This document shows positions 1 to 9,708 of a stretch of DNA of 64,000 nucleotides, one piece after another; within the stretch, counting starts at the first letter, position 1; the number at the start of each line of letters is the position of its first letter. Source of the DNA: Bacteroidia bacterium (GTDB lineage Bacteria; Bacteroidota; Bacteroidia; AKYH767-A; 2013-40CM-41-45). The position numbers and the translations under genes are program-made. The notes beneath the pieces were generated by a model that saw only the letters and a list, made by a program, of their open reading frames with translations, was not told where the DNA came from and searched no databases. The stretch covers positions 7,609 through 71,608 of the forward strand of contig JBBRND010000022.1 of assembly GCA_038230515.1 (NCBI GenBank), read 5' to 3'.

Positions 1-504
1 GCTCTTTTCCGTCATCCTGATTTTGCTGCCATGCGAGATACGCTGGAAGAGGACCCAACAGAGTTTGAAGCGAGCCAGCATGATCTGAACTATGTGAAGC
101 TGGATGGTAACGTGGGTTGCATGGTGAACGGTGCTGGACTTGCAATGGCTACAATGGATATTATTAAACTTGCAGGTGGCGAGCCGGCAAACTTTCTTGA
201 TGTAGGCGGCACTGCAAATGCTGCCCGTGTTGAACAGGCATTCCGGATTATTCTGAAAGATGCAAACGTGAAAGCGATCCTTGTAAATATTTTTGGCGGC
301 ATTGTTCGCTGCGACCGCGTGGCGCAAGGCATTGTGGATGCTTACAAAAATATAGGCACCATTCCTGTTCCTATTATTGTTCGGCTGCAAGGAACCAATG
401 CTGAAGAAGCAAAGAAGATTATTGATGCTTCCGGATTAAAAGTTTCTTCTGCCATTCAGTTGAAAGAAGCGGCTGACCTGGTGCAGAAAGTTTTAGGAAA
501 ATAA
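1..504 (+). CDS. sucC: succinate--CoA ligase (ADP-forming) beta subunit, C-terminal part (5' end outside window)
   Basis: Translation [32 protein letters not shown]...[14 protein letters not shown] matches the CoA-ligase domain of SucC. The frame is open from position 1. Confidence 0.85.
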   Translation, partial: ALFRHPDFAAMRDTLEEDPTEFEASQHDLNYVKLDGNVGCMVNGAGLAMATMDIIKLAGGEPANFLDVGGTANAARVEQAFRIILKDANVKAILVNIFGGIVRCDRVAQGIVDAYKNIGTIPVPIIVRLQGTNAEEAKKIIDASGLKVSSAIQLKEAADLVQKVLGK

Positions 505-548
505 GAAATTAAAAAAAGAGGTAGCCCATGGTTTAAACCGTGGGCTAT

Positions 549-1433
549 TTAGTTTCTAACGATTTCTATCACCACAAAAAAAGCAAATACCACACTTGCA
601 ATTCCGTTGGTTGTAAAAAAGGCGAGGTTTACTTTTCGCAAATCATCGGGTTTCACCAATGAATGTTGGTAGAAAAGAAGCGAACAAAAAACACAGGCAC
701 CAATCCAATACCACATTCCTGCTTCAGAATAAATTCCTGCTGCTATAACCATTGCTGCCGAAATAAGATGCGCGGCTTCTGAAATCCGTAGCGCAGTTTT
801 TTTTCCTGCAGATGCAGGAACAGAAAAAAGTTTTTGCTTCCTGTCAAATTCTTCATCCTGCAACGCATAAATAATATCGAAGCCGCTAACCCACGTGAAC
901 ACACAGGCAGAAAAAAGAACGGGCAGCAAACTGAACTTTCCGGTAACGGCAAGATATGCGCCAATGGGGGCAAGTGATAAACCAAGTCCGAGGATGAAAT
1001 GGCAGAGCGCGGTAAATCTTTTTGTGAGAGAATAGCCAAGCACAACGGCAAGCGCAACAGGCGAAAGGTAAAAGCAAATTGTGTTGATGAAAAAAGTAGT
1101 GGCGATAAAGAGGAGGGAGGAGAGGGTTATCAAAGCAATTGCCGAAGCAGAAGAAATTTTTCCTGAAGGAATCTCCCGCGTTTTTGTCCGCTCGTTCAGC
1201 AAATCAAAATCTTTATCGGCATACCGGTTATATGCCATTGCTGCGGTGCGCGCGAACACCATGCAAAGGATTACTTTCAGAAATAAAATCCAGTCGGGGG
1301 TTGCGCCTGTTTCTTTCACACCAAGAAAAAAACCGATTACGGCAAACGGCAATGCGAAAACGGTGTGAGAAAATTTTACGAGCGAAAAGTAATTTTTGAT
1401 TGCAGCCAAAAGGATGTTCGTTTGAGCGGGCAA
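549..1433 (-). CDS. UbiA-family aromatic prenyltransferase (4-hydroxybenzoate polyprenyltransferase-like)
   Basis: Multi-TM protein with the NRYADKDFDLLNERT Asp-rich UbiA motif. Confidence 0.7.
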   Translation of the reverse strand: MPAQTNILLAAIKNYFSLVKFSHTVFALPFAVIGFFLGVKETGATPDWILFLKVILCMVFARTAAMAYNRYADKDFDLLNERTKTREIPSGKISSASAIALITLSSLLFIATTFFINTICFYLSPVALAVVLGYSLTKRFTALCHFILGLGLSLAPIGAYLAVTGKFSLLPVLFSACVFTWVSGFDIIYALQDEEFDRKQKLFSVPASAGKKTALRISEAAHLISAAMVIAAGIYSEAGMWYWIGACVFCSLLFYQHSLVKPDDLRKVNLAFFTTNGIASVVFAFFVVIEIVRN

Positions 1434-1502
1434 AAATAGTAAACCTTCATTCGCTTGGTTATTTTGTAAAGAGATGTTTTCAAAATCAGCATAAATTTAA
1501 CC

Positions 1503-1905
1503 GGATCGCATTCCAATATATTGGAATAGGGGTAATAACGTTTAGGATCGTATTCCGTGAAATTGGAATAGGGGTTTGAACCTTTAGGATGGTATTCCAA
1601 GAAATTGGAACAGGGGTATGAACGCTCAGGATGGCATTCCAATAAATTGGAATAGGGGTAAAAACGTTCAGGATGGCATTCCAAGAAGTTGGAATAGGGG
1701 TCTAAATCTTCAGGATCGTATTCCAATAATCAGGAATAGGGGTAATAACGTTCTGGATGGTATTCCAAGAAATTGGAATAGTGCGTAAAACGTTTAGAAT
1801 AGTATTTCCATTTATGGAAGTAGGGGTCTGAAGGTTCAGGATGGCACTTGCAGAAATGGAAGTAGGGGTCTGAAGGTTCAGGATGGCACTTGCAGAAATG
1901 GAAAT
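1503..1905. repeat. about 9.6 copies of a degenerate 42-bp tandem repeat. Each unit carries the dyad ATTCCAA-N4-TTGGAAT followed by AGGGGT.
   Basis: Read directly. Units such as ggatggcattccaataaattggaataggggtaaaaacgttca recur head-to-tail. There are no spacers, so this is not a CRISPR. Confidence 0.85.
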
Positions 1906-1932
1906 TTGATTTCCGATATTCTTATCAGCAGT

Positions 1933-4128
1933 TTACAGTACTGTCAGCGTATTCGTCTTCATCAGTTTGCCGTCAATAAGAAGTGAGTAGAAGTACAGCC
2001 CGCTTTTGAGATCACCTTTTTCAAGATCAACTGAATTAAGTTTGTCATTGAGGGAAATCATCTTAATGGTTTTGCCAAGCGCATCCGTAATTTTGATTTC
2101 GGCTTTTGTAAAAGAAGCAAGCGAAGTAAGATCGTACATAATAGTAGTGTGATCGCTGAACGGATTCGGGAAGTTGGCGAGTTCGGCAGCAGGCATATTG
2201 TTTTCATCAATGCCGATGGTGCATCCGCGAAGCATGTTGTAAGCATTTGCTTTGCCGTAGCCCCATAATGTGTTGGGAAGATTTCCTCCGGTGAAGTTGT
2301 CAACCGTTGTGCAGGTGAGCAGTGCATTCTTCACATCAAGCCAGTTTGCATTTGGGTAACGTTGAAGATAGAGCGCACAAATTCCGGCAACCATTGGCCC
2401 ACTCATACTCGTTCCGCTGCTGCGAAAATGCTGACCACCTGCTGCAACTTTTGTAGGGTCACTGGCAAGCAAACCATTGATTACATAATTCGGTCCGCAG
2501 GAAAGCACCCATCCACCCGGAGCAGTGATGTCGGGCTTATTTCTTCCATCGCGCGTTGGTCCATGACTTGAGAAAACAGAAAGCTGCCCGGGATGAACTG
2601 TAGTATCCTGTGTGAGCGTAAAGTTTGCGTTTGAATAGGAATTTCTGTTGTCATAACTGCCTACAGTAATCACATGATCGTTGCATTGAAAACTGCTCAC
2701 AATCGTTTGCTCCACATCAGGAGTTTTATATTTTGTGATGGAAGCCATCTGAGTTGAATCAGGAAGACCGGAATGAACCATATCGAAACTCCATGCATCC
2801 ATTCGTCCGCTGCCTTTCGTCATCAGGCGCCAGTAATATTTTGAAGTATCAGTACCGTTAATGTTTTGAATTGAATCCGGACGGATTGCAAACTGAACTT
2901 CATAAGAACCGTTTGCAAACTGCGCGGCACGTTCAACAGTACCCATCTTTGATCCTCCAGCAGAATAAACAGTATCCAGAACATCCTGATTAAGGAAAGG
3001 AGAAACATTGCTGAAAGGCAAATTGCCGATCAAAGAATAATCAGGTTTCACACGATCGCAACCAACAGAGAACTGCACATTCGGAAAATCTGCGCTGTCT
3101 CCCCACATTTCAAAATAAATATACTGACTTGTGAATTGAAACCAAGTGAACGAAGTATCAGATGAAACATTGTAACCAAGATGGATGGGCGCTGTGCCAG
3201 CATTGCCTGCTGATGCACACACCACATGCCCAGTGCCTGCACTGATCAGGTTTGCGATTGCCTGCGCCTGAATATCTCTGCCATCATGCGAACCGAAATA
3301 AGTGCCAAGAGAAACGTTGATAACGGCCGGCTCACCCAATGCATCTGCCTTATCAAAAATATATTTCACAGCATCCACAAGCGAAGAAAGAAAATCATTG
3401 TCTGGAACATTCAGGTTCATCTTCACGATGATGATGTCAGCATTCGGAGCCATGCCTTTGTAATTATTCACCGTGCTTCCGTTTCCGCAGGCAATACCCG
3501 CAACGTGCGTGCCGTGTCCGCTAGGTCCGTCATGATGAAGTGTGGCAGTATCAATCTGATTTCCGATATATTCCATTCCGTAATTGTAGGGCTGAGGAAT
3601 TACGTTTGTGTCGCTCACCACAAGCGATTGATCCCACACATATTTTATCCGCGTCTCATTTGTAAACGGATCTCTGAAGTCGTGATGCGCAGCATAAATA
3701 CCCTCGTCAATAATTCCCATCACCACATGAGTGCCGTCATATCCCTGCGGAAGATTAAAACCATTATGTACTTCCACCACGTGGTTGTTGATTACAGCAA
3801 CATCATTCATCGGTTTTAGCTTGAGATTGTTATCCTCAATCCATGTTACAGAAGTTGAAGCAGCAAGATCGTTGATCTTTGAAAATGGAATACGCACGGC
3901 AGAAATATCTCCAGCGGCATATTTGTAAGTGCCGCCAAGTTGCGTAACCAGCGATTTTATTTTAGCAACATCTCCGCGAAGGAACAATGCAATCTCCTTG
4001 TCGGACGTTCTTGTTGTCTCGCTCTGCCTTATTTTTTGCCTCAGCGAGATGGCAATTTTGTTTGATGATTGAGAAAATGTTTGTGCAGAAATACAAACAA
4101 GAAAAAGGAAGGTTAGAATTCTTTTCAT
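1933..4128 (-). CDS. S8-family (subtilisin-like) serine peptidase with T9SS C-terminal sorting domain
   Basis: Signal peptide MKRILTFLFLVCISAQTFSQ. Catalytic motifs GHGTHVAGI (His) and GTSMSGPMVAGI (Ser). A C-terminal Por/T9SS-type beta-sandwich tail ends ...KLMKTNTLTVL. Confidence 0.85.
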   Translation of the reverse strand: MKRILTFLFLVCISAQTFSQSSNKIAISLRQKIRQSETTRTSDKEIALFLRGDVAKIKSLVTQLGGTYKYAAGDISAVRIPFSKINDLAASTSVTWIEDNNLKLKPMNDVAVINNHVVEVHNGFNLPQGYDGTHVVMGIIDEGIYAAHHDFRDPFTNETRIKYVWDQSLVVSDTNVIPQPYNYGMEYIGNQIDTATLHHDGPSGHGTHVAGIACGNGSTVNNYKGMAPNADIIIVKMNLNVPDNDFLSSLVDAVKYIFDKADALGEPAVINVSLGTYFGSHDGRDIQAQAIANLISAGTGHVVCASAGNAGTAPIHLGYNVSSDTSFTWFQFTSQYIYFEMWGDSADFPNVQFSVGCDRVKPDYSLIGNLPFSNVSPFLNQDVLDTVYSAGGSKMGTVERAAQFANGSYEVQFAIRPDSIQNINGTDTSKYYWRLMTKGSGRMDAWSFDMVHSGLPDSTQMASITKYKTPDVEQTIVSSFQCNDHVITVGSYDNRNSYSNANFTLTQDTTVHPGQLSVFSSHGPTRDGRNKPDITAPGGWVLSCGPNYVINGLLASDPTKVAAGGQHFRSSGTSMSGPMVAGICALYLQRYPNANWLDVKNALLTCTTVDNFTGGNLPNTLWGYGKANAYNMLRGCTIGIDENNMPAAELANFPNPFSDHTTIMYDLTSLASFTKAEIKITDALGKTIKMISLNDKLNSVDLEKGDLKSGLYFYSLLIDGKLMKTNTLTVL

Positions 4129-4340
4129 TTAGTAGTTTGAGTAATTAAACTGATACTCAAAAATACCATTCTTTGTTGCACGAAAAACAAACTTTGCAAA
4201 GTTCATTTGTACTCTCTCACCAATCAGGATTTTTGCGATATTCGCGCTCCTTTTTAGGGCATGGTTAATTAAGCTAATTGGACGATTTGTTTAAACCCAG
4301 CCAACTTAATCTACCCAATCAACAAATCAATCAACTAACA

Positions 4341-6017
4341 ATGGCAGACGACAAGAAAATAATTTTTTCCATGGTGGGCGTTAGCAAAACGTTCCCCTCA
4401 GGCAAACAGGTACTCAAGGATATTTACCTCTCGTTTTATTACGGAGCTAAAATCGGAATCCTCGGATTAAACGGTGCAGGTAAATCCACATTGATGAAAA
4501 TCATTGCCGGCATTGATACATCCTTCAATGGCGATGTGGTTTTCTCTCCCGGCTACACTGTTGGTTATCTCTCGCAGGATCCTGAACTCGATCCCTCAAA
4601 AACTGCAAAAGAAATTGTGATGGAAGGTTGCCAGAAGGTGGTTGATCTTCTCAAAGAGTTTGAAGAGATCAACAACAAATTTGCCGAACCGATGGACGAT
4701 GATGCCATGAACAAGCTCATCGAACGCCAGTCACGTGTGCAAGATGCCATTGATCATGCAGGCGGTTGGGAACTTGATAATAAAATTGAAGTCGCAATGG
4801 ATGCGCTTCGTTGCCCTGACGGAGATTCATCCGTAACAAATCTTTCCGGTGGAGAGAAAAGAAGAATTGCTTTGTGCAGATTGTTGCTGCAACAACCTGA
4901 TGTACTCCTGCTCGATGAGCCGACAAACCATCTTGATGCGGAATCAGTTTTGTGGTTAGAACAACATCTTCAAAAATATGAAGGCACTGTAATCGCAGTT
5001 ACTCACGATCGTTATTTCTTAGATAATGTTGCCGGTTGGATTCTTGAACTTGACCGTGGAGAAGGAATTCCTTACAAGGGAAATTATTCTTCGTGGCTGG
5101 AACAAAAGTCAAACCGTTTGGCGCAGGAAGAAAAAACAGAAAGCAAACGTCAGCGCATTTTGAAACGCGAGTTGGAATGGGTGCGCACAAGTCCGAAAGG
5201 TCGCAACACAAAACAGAAAGCACGACTTGCAGCATACGACAGGTTGGCAAGTGAAGATGTAAAAGAGAAAGAAGAAAAGCTGGAACTCTTTATTCCTCCC
5301 GGTCCACGCTTAGGAAGCACTGTTATCGAAGCCACCAATCTTTCAAAGTCCTATGGCGATAGAATGTTGATTGATAACTTAACGTTCTCTCTTCCGCCAA
5401 ATGGAATTGTTGGGGTAATTGGTCCGAACGGAGTTGGTAAAACAACACTCTTCAAAATGATTTTAGGAAAAGAAACTCCCGACACCGGTTCCATAAAAAT
5501 TGGTGAGACAGTTAAGATAGCTTATGTAGATCAAGCGCATGATGATCTTGTTCCCGGCAAAACGGTTTATGAAATTATTTCAGGAGGAACAGATACGATG
5601 CTTGCCGGAGGAAAACAATTCAACTCGCGCTCGTATGTTTCTAAATTTAATTTCAGCGGAACAGATCAGAGCAAAAAATTGGAAGTGCTTTCGGGCGGAG
5701 AACGCAACCGTGTCCACTTAGCAATTGCCTTGCGCGAAGGAGCAAACGTAATCCTCCTCGATGAACCGACAAATGACATTGACATAAATACGTTGCGCGC
5801 ATTGGAAGAAGCAATGGAAAACTTTGCGGGCTGCGCTGTTGTAATCAGCCACGACCGCTGGTTCCTCGATCGCATTGCAACGCACATCCTCGCCTTCGAA
5901 GGCGACTCGCAGGTTTATTTCTTTGACGGAAACTTCAGCGAGTACGAAGAAAATAAAAAGCAGCGGCTTGGAGATACCACTCCGCACAGGGTAAAGTATC
6001 GGTCACTGGTGAGATAG
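4341..6017 (+). CDS. ettA: ABC-F translational throttle ATPase EttA
   Basis: Two ABC cassettes (GLNGAGKST, GPNGVGKTT; LSGGEKRR, LSGGERNR). The N-terminus MADDKKIIFSMVGVSKTF is typical of EttA. The ATG at 4341 is preferred over the upstream in-frame ATG at 4278. Confidence 0.85.
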   Translation: MADDKKIIFSMVGVSKTFPSGKQVLKDIYLSFYYGAKIGILGLNGAGKSTLMKIIAGIDTSFNGDVVFSPGYTVGYLSQDPELDPSKTAKEIVMEGCQKVVDLLKEFEEINNKFAEPMDDDAMNKLIERQSRVQDAIDHAGGWELDNKIEVAMDALRCPDGDSSVTNLSGGEKRRIALCRLLLQQPDVLLLDEPTNHLDAESVLWLEQHLQKYEGTVIAVTHDRYFLDNVAGWILELDRGEGIPYKGNYSSWLEQKSNRLAQEEKTESKRQRILKRELEWVRTSPKGRNTKQKARLAAYDRLASEDVKEKEEKLELFIPPGPRLGSTVIEATNLSKSYGDRMLIDNLTFSLPPNGIVGVIGPNGVGKTTLFKMILGKETPDTGSIKIGETVKIAYVDQAHDDLVPGKTVYEIISGGTDTMLAGGKQFNSRSYVSKFNFSGTDQSKKLEVLSGGERNRVHLAIALREGANVILLDEPTNDIDINTLRALEEAMENFAGCAVVISHDRWFLDRIATHILAFEGDSQVYFFDGNFSEYEENKKQRLGDTTPHRVKYRSLVR

Positions 6018-6028
6018 AAGCCCATCCC

Positions 6029-6047
6029 TAACCCTTCCCAAAGGGAA
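6029..6047 (+). terminator. 8-bp hairpin cccttccc-aaa-gggaaggg downstream of ettA (weak, no clear T-tract)
   Basis: Read directly. Confidence 0.3.
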
Positions 6048-6131
6048 GGGAATTAAATCCGTTATGCAAAACATGTCAAAATATTTTTTGGGTTTATTCC
6101 TCCCCTTCGGGGAGATTAGGAGAGGCTGCTT

Positions 6132-7526
6132 ATGAAGCCGGGCATTCCGAAAGGCACGCGCGATTTTTCTCCATTAGAAATGATGAAGCGGAATTTTATT
6201 TTTGATACTATTCGGAATGTGTATCAGCGTTACGGTTACCAGCAGATTGAAACTCCTACGATGGAAAACCTTTCCACGCTTGAAGGAAAGTATGGCGAGG
6301 AAGGAGACAAGTTGCTTTTCAGAATTCTTAATTCAGGAATAAATTTTTCTGAACTAAAACCACAAACTTCAGACCTCAAACATTCTGACATTGCGGAAAA
6401 GGGTTTGCGTTATGACCTTACAGTTCCTTTTGCGCGATACGTTGTGATGCACCAAAACGAAATCACTTTTCCATTCAAGAGATTTCAGATACAACCGGTG
6501 TGGAGAGCAGATCGTCCGCAGAAGGGAAGATACAGAGAGTTTTATCAATGCGATGCTGATGTGATTGGAAGTACTTCATTGTTAAATGAAGTGGAGTTGA
6601 TACAGATTATTGATGAGGTGTTTTCTGCTCTTGGAATTAAAACAACAATTAAGATCAATAACAGGAAATTGTTGTTGGCATTGGCTCATCATCTTAATAT
6701 TGGTGATAATGATTTCATTGAATTCGTTACCCTCATTGATAAGATTGATAAAGTTGGCAGAGATCAGGTTCTCTTTGAGATAACCAATAGATTTAAGACT
6801 CCGGATACTGAATGGCGAAATCTATTTCAGGTTCTGCATTCTTCTCCATTTCCGCATAACATAACAGGTAAACTTGAAATTTTAAAAGAGATGTTTGCGA
6901 ATTCTGATATTGGGAAGAAGGGGATCGAAGAAGTAGAGGAGATAGTTCAACATTGGATAAATAACGATCCTGAACTTATTTCTAATTTTAAAAGTGCTTC
7001 TTTGGAACTTGATTTAAATTTGGCTCGTGGTCTCAATTACTACACCGGAACAATCATTGAAGTAAAAGTTGCTGATACTCGGTCCACTTTCACAAGCAGC
7101 ATTTGTGGAGGAGGTCGTTATGATGACCTCACGGGAATTTTCGGTTTGCCGAATGTAAGCGGTGTCGGTATTTCTTTCGGTGCCGATCGCATTTATGATG
7201 TATTGGAAGAGATGAATGCCTTTCCTGATCTCACAGGGGCGTCAACAAAAATTATGTTTGTGAATTTCGGAAAGGATGAAGCAATGCATTGTCTGAAACT
7301 GTTGAAACAGCTTCGCGAAGCAGGAATCAACTCAGAACTTTTCCCCGATCAAGCCAAAATGAAAAAGCAAATGGGTTATGCTGATGATAAAAAAATTCCA
7401 TTCGTTGCGTTGATAGGTTCTGAAGAAATGAAGTCGGGCGAAATAACAATTAAGAATATGGTGACCGGAGAACAGAGCAAGGTGAAGATGGATGAGTTGA
7501 TGATAGTATTGAAAGGTACAAAGTAG
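6132..7526 (+). CDS. hisS: histidine--tRNA ligase
   Basis: N-terminus GIPKGTRDFSPLEMMKRNFIFDTIRNVYQRYGYQQIETP and the class II aaRS motifs. Length 464 aa. Confidence 0.9.
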   Translation: MKPGIPKGTRDFSPLEMMKRNFIFDTIRNVYQRYGYQQIETPTMENLSTLEGKYGEEGDKLLFRILNSGINFSELKPQTSDLKHSDIAEKGLRYDLTVPFARYVVMHQNEITFPFKRFQIQPVWRADRPQKGRYREFYQCDADVIGSTSLLNEVELIQIIDEVFSALGIKTTIKINNRKLLLALAHHLNIGDNDFIEFVTLIDKIDKVGRDQVLFEITNRFKTPDTEWRNLFQVLHSSPFPHNITGKLEILKEMFANSDIGKKGIEEVEEIVQHWINNDPELISNFKSASLELDLNLARGLNYYTGTIIEVKVADTRSTFTSSICGGGRYDDLTGIFGLPNVSGVGISFGADRIYDVLEEMNAFPDLTGASTKIMFVNFGKDEAMHCLKLLKQLREAGINSELFPDQAKMKKQMGYADDKKIPFVALIGSEEMKSGEITIKNMVTGEQSKVKMDELMIVLKGTK

Positions 7527-7560
7527 AGAGTATGAAGTATTAAGTAACAGCCCAATCAAA

Positions 7561-9039
7561 ATGCCGACACACTTTACCATTTCAAATACTCTTTCTTTCG
7601 ATGACATTGAAAAAATATTCAATGAAAATCTGAAGCTGAAGCTCTCCCCTCAATCACGGGCTAAAATTTCCAAGTGCAGAAAATACCTCGATCAGAAGCT
7701 GAAAAACCTTGACGCTCCGGTTTATGGTATCAACACCGGCTTTGGTGCGTTGTATAATAAAACCATTTCTGAAAATGACCTTGAAACTCTTCAGAAAAAT
7801 TTAGTGATGAGCCATGCCTGTGGTGCAGGCGAAGAAGTTCCGCAGGAAATTGTTAAGCTCATGTTGCTTCTCAAAGTTCAGGGATTGAGTTATGGAAATT
7901 CAGGAGTGCAGGTTGAAACTGTGCAGCGCCTAATTGATTTTTTTAATAACGACATTCTTCCTGTAGTTTATCAGCAGGGTTCTCTTGGTGCTTCAGGCGA
8001 TCTTGCTCCACTTGCTCATCTTTCACTTCCGTTGATTGGCGAAGGAGAAGTTTACTACCAAGGGAAAAAACAATCAGCGAAAAATGTGCTGAGGAAATTT
8101 AATTGGCAGCCGATTCAATTGCAATCAAAGGAAGGATTGGCGATGTTGAACGGAACACAGTTCATGAGCTCTTATGGAGTTTGGTGTGTAATGCAGAGTT
8201 TCAACATCGCGCAACTTGCGGATTTCATAGGCGCAATTTCTCTTGATGCATTTGACGGACGTATCGAACCGTTCGATCCATTGATTCACCAAATCCGTAG
8301 TCATGAAGGACAGGCAACTGTTGCAAAACACATTCGTGATTTTCTGAAAGGCAGCCAGCTTATCAACAGAAAAAAAGAACACGTCCAAGATCCATATTCT
8401 TTCCGCTGCATTCCGCAGGTGCATGGCGCTTCGCGGGATGCGTTGAATTATGTTGCAATGGTTTTAGAGAATGAAATAAATTCAGTTACAGACAATCCAA
8501 CCATTTTTCCTGATGAGGATAAAATTATTTCAGGAGGAAATTTTCACGGACAACCATTGGCACTTGCCTTGGATTTTCTTGCGATCGCTTTATCTGAACT
8601 CGGCAGCATTAGCGAACGAAGAACGTATCAGCTTATTTCGGGAGAGCGAGGTCTGCCGCCATTTCTTGTTGCAAATCCAGGATTGAACAGCGGCATGATG
8701 ATTCCGCAATACACGGCTGCAAGTATTGTCAGCCAGAATAAACAATTGTGCGCACCATCTTCTGTTGATTCGATCGTGTCATCTAACGGACAAGAAGATC
8801 ATGTGAGCATGGGAGCGAATGCAGCAACAAAAGTTTTTCGTGTGGTTGAAAACCTGAAAACCATTTTATCAATCGAGCTTCTCAACGCTGCACAGGCGCT
8901 GGAGTTCAGAAGACCATTGAAAAGCTCATCATCCATCGAAAAATTTATTTCTGATTATCGCAAGAAAGTTTCTTTCATGAAACAGGATCGTATCCTTTTT
9001 GAAGACATGAAAAAGACACGTGAGTTTTTATTTGCTTAA
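7561..9039 (+). CDS. hutH: histidine ammonia-lyase (MIO-dependent HAL/PAL family)
   Basis: MIO-forming motif GSLGASGDLAPLAHL. Length 492 aa is as expected for HAL. Confidence 0.75.
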   Translation: MPTHFTISNTLSFDDIEKIFNENLKLKLSPQSRAKISKCRKYLDQKLKNLDAPVYGINTGFGALYNKTISENDLETLQKNLVMSHACGAGEEVPQEIVKLMLLLKVQGLSYGNSGVQVETVQRLIDFFNNDILPVVYQQGSLGASGDLAPLAHLSLPLIGEGEVYYQGKKQSAKNVLRKFNWQPIQLQSKEGLAMLNGTQFMSSYGVWCVMQSFNIAQLADFIGAISLDAFDGRIEPFDPLIHQIRSHEGQATVAKHIRDFLKGSQLINRKKEHVQDPYSFRCIPQVHGASRDALNYVAMVLENEINSVTDNPTIFPDEDKIISGGNFHGQPLALALDFLAIALSELGSISERRTYQLISGERGLPPFLVANPGLNSGMMIPQYTAASIVSQNKQLCAPSSVDSIVSSNGQEDHVSMGANAATKVFRVVENLKTILSIELLNAAQALEFRRPLKSSSSIEKFISDYRKKVSFMKQDRILFEDMKKTREFLFA

Positions 9040-9043
9040 GGAA

Positions 9044-9652
9044 TCAAATTGTTGCTAAGTATTCCGTTGCTTCCATTCCTTTATTGAAAAGCAAATCAAC
9101 AATACTTAAATCAGGAATGAAACCGAAGCGATCACCGAACGTTTGGTAATACTTTGGAAGATTTTCATTTCTCTGAGATGGGTTGAATGCATTTCTTAAA
9201 TCAATCACCTCTTGAGAAATATTCTTTTCATAAGATGTTGTAAATACCGGCTCGAAAGGAATCTTCAGAAGTGAAAGAATCTTTTTCAGCAGCAGAAGAT
9301 TAAATTCAAAAAGAGTTTCTGTTTGTGTTTCGTAAAATGATTTGAAGTCGTCTTCGAAGTATTCAAAGTAAGGAGAGTTGCGGTATGAACTTGTAATAGT
9401 GCGCCAATGTATTTTTTGCCACTGGGAATTGTAGCTGATCTTCCGTTCATGAATTGGTTTTCTTTCATTGCCTTCGTGATGAACAGGAATAATTAATGGA
9501 TGAACTCCGTTTGCTCCGTAAACCATTGCACGATTGCGATAAGTTTGCTTTATGTAATGCTCGTGCTTTTCAAAAATTATTTTCTCTGATTTGATAAGAG
9601 AAGCAACGTAGCTGATAGGAGGAAGATAGGCAATGGAGAAAAGAGAAATCAT
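9044..9652 (-). CDS. WbqC-family protein
   Basis: N-terminus MISLFSIAYLPPISYVASLIKSEKIIFEKHEHYIKQTYRNRAMVYGANG is typical of the WbqC-like family. Confidence 0.7.
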   Translation of the reverse strand: MISLFSIAYLPPISYVASLIKSEKIIFEKHEHYIKQTYRNRAMVYGANGVHPLIIPVHHEGNERKPIHERKISYNSQWQKIHWRTITSSYRNSPYFEYFEDDFKSFYETQTETLFEFNLLLLKKILSLLKIPFEPVFTTSYEKNISQEVIDLRNAFNPSQRNENLPKYYQTFGDRFGFIPDLSIVDLLFNKGMEATEYLATI

Positions 9653-9708
9653 TACTCCGAAAAATTATTTGTTATTCGTTAATAGTTATTCGAAGTAGCC
9701 GGTAGGCA

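Noticed and set aside
1376-1726. 116-aa ORF (and the 11552-11828 and 24274-24744 ORFs) translating YPYSNLLECHPER-type peptide repeats
   Set aside because: These are artefacts of translating tandem DNA repeats. ORFs exist on both strands and there is no start context.
1503-1905. Possible CRISPR array (regular short repeats)
   Set aside because: Units abut directly with no unique spacers of comparable length, the repeats are degenerate, and no cas genes are nearby. It is a plain tandem repeat. The same reasoning applies to 11559-11766 and 24292-24478.
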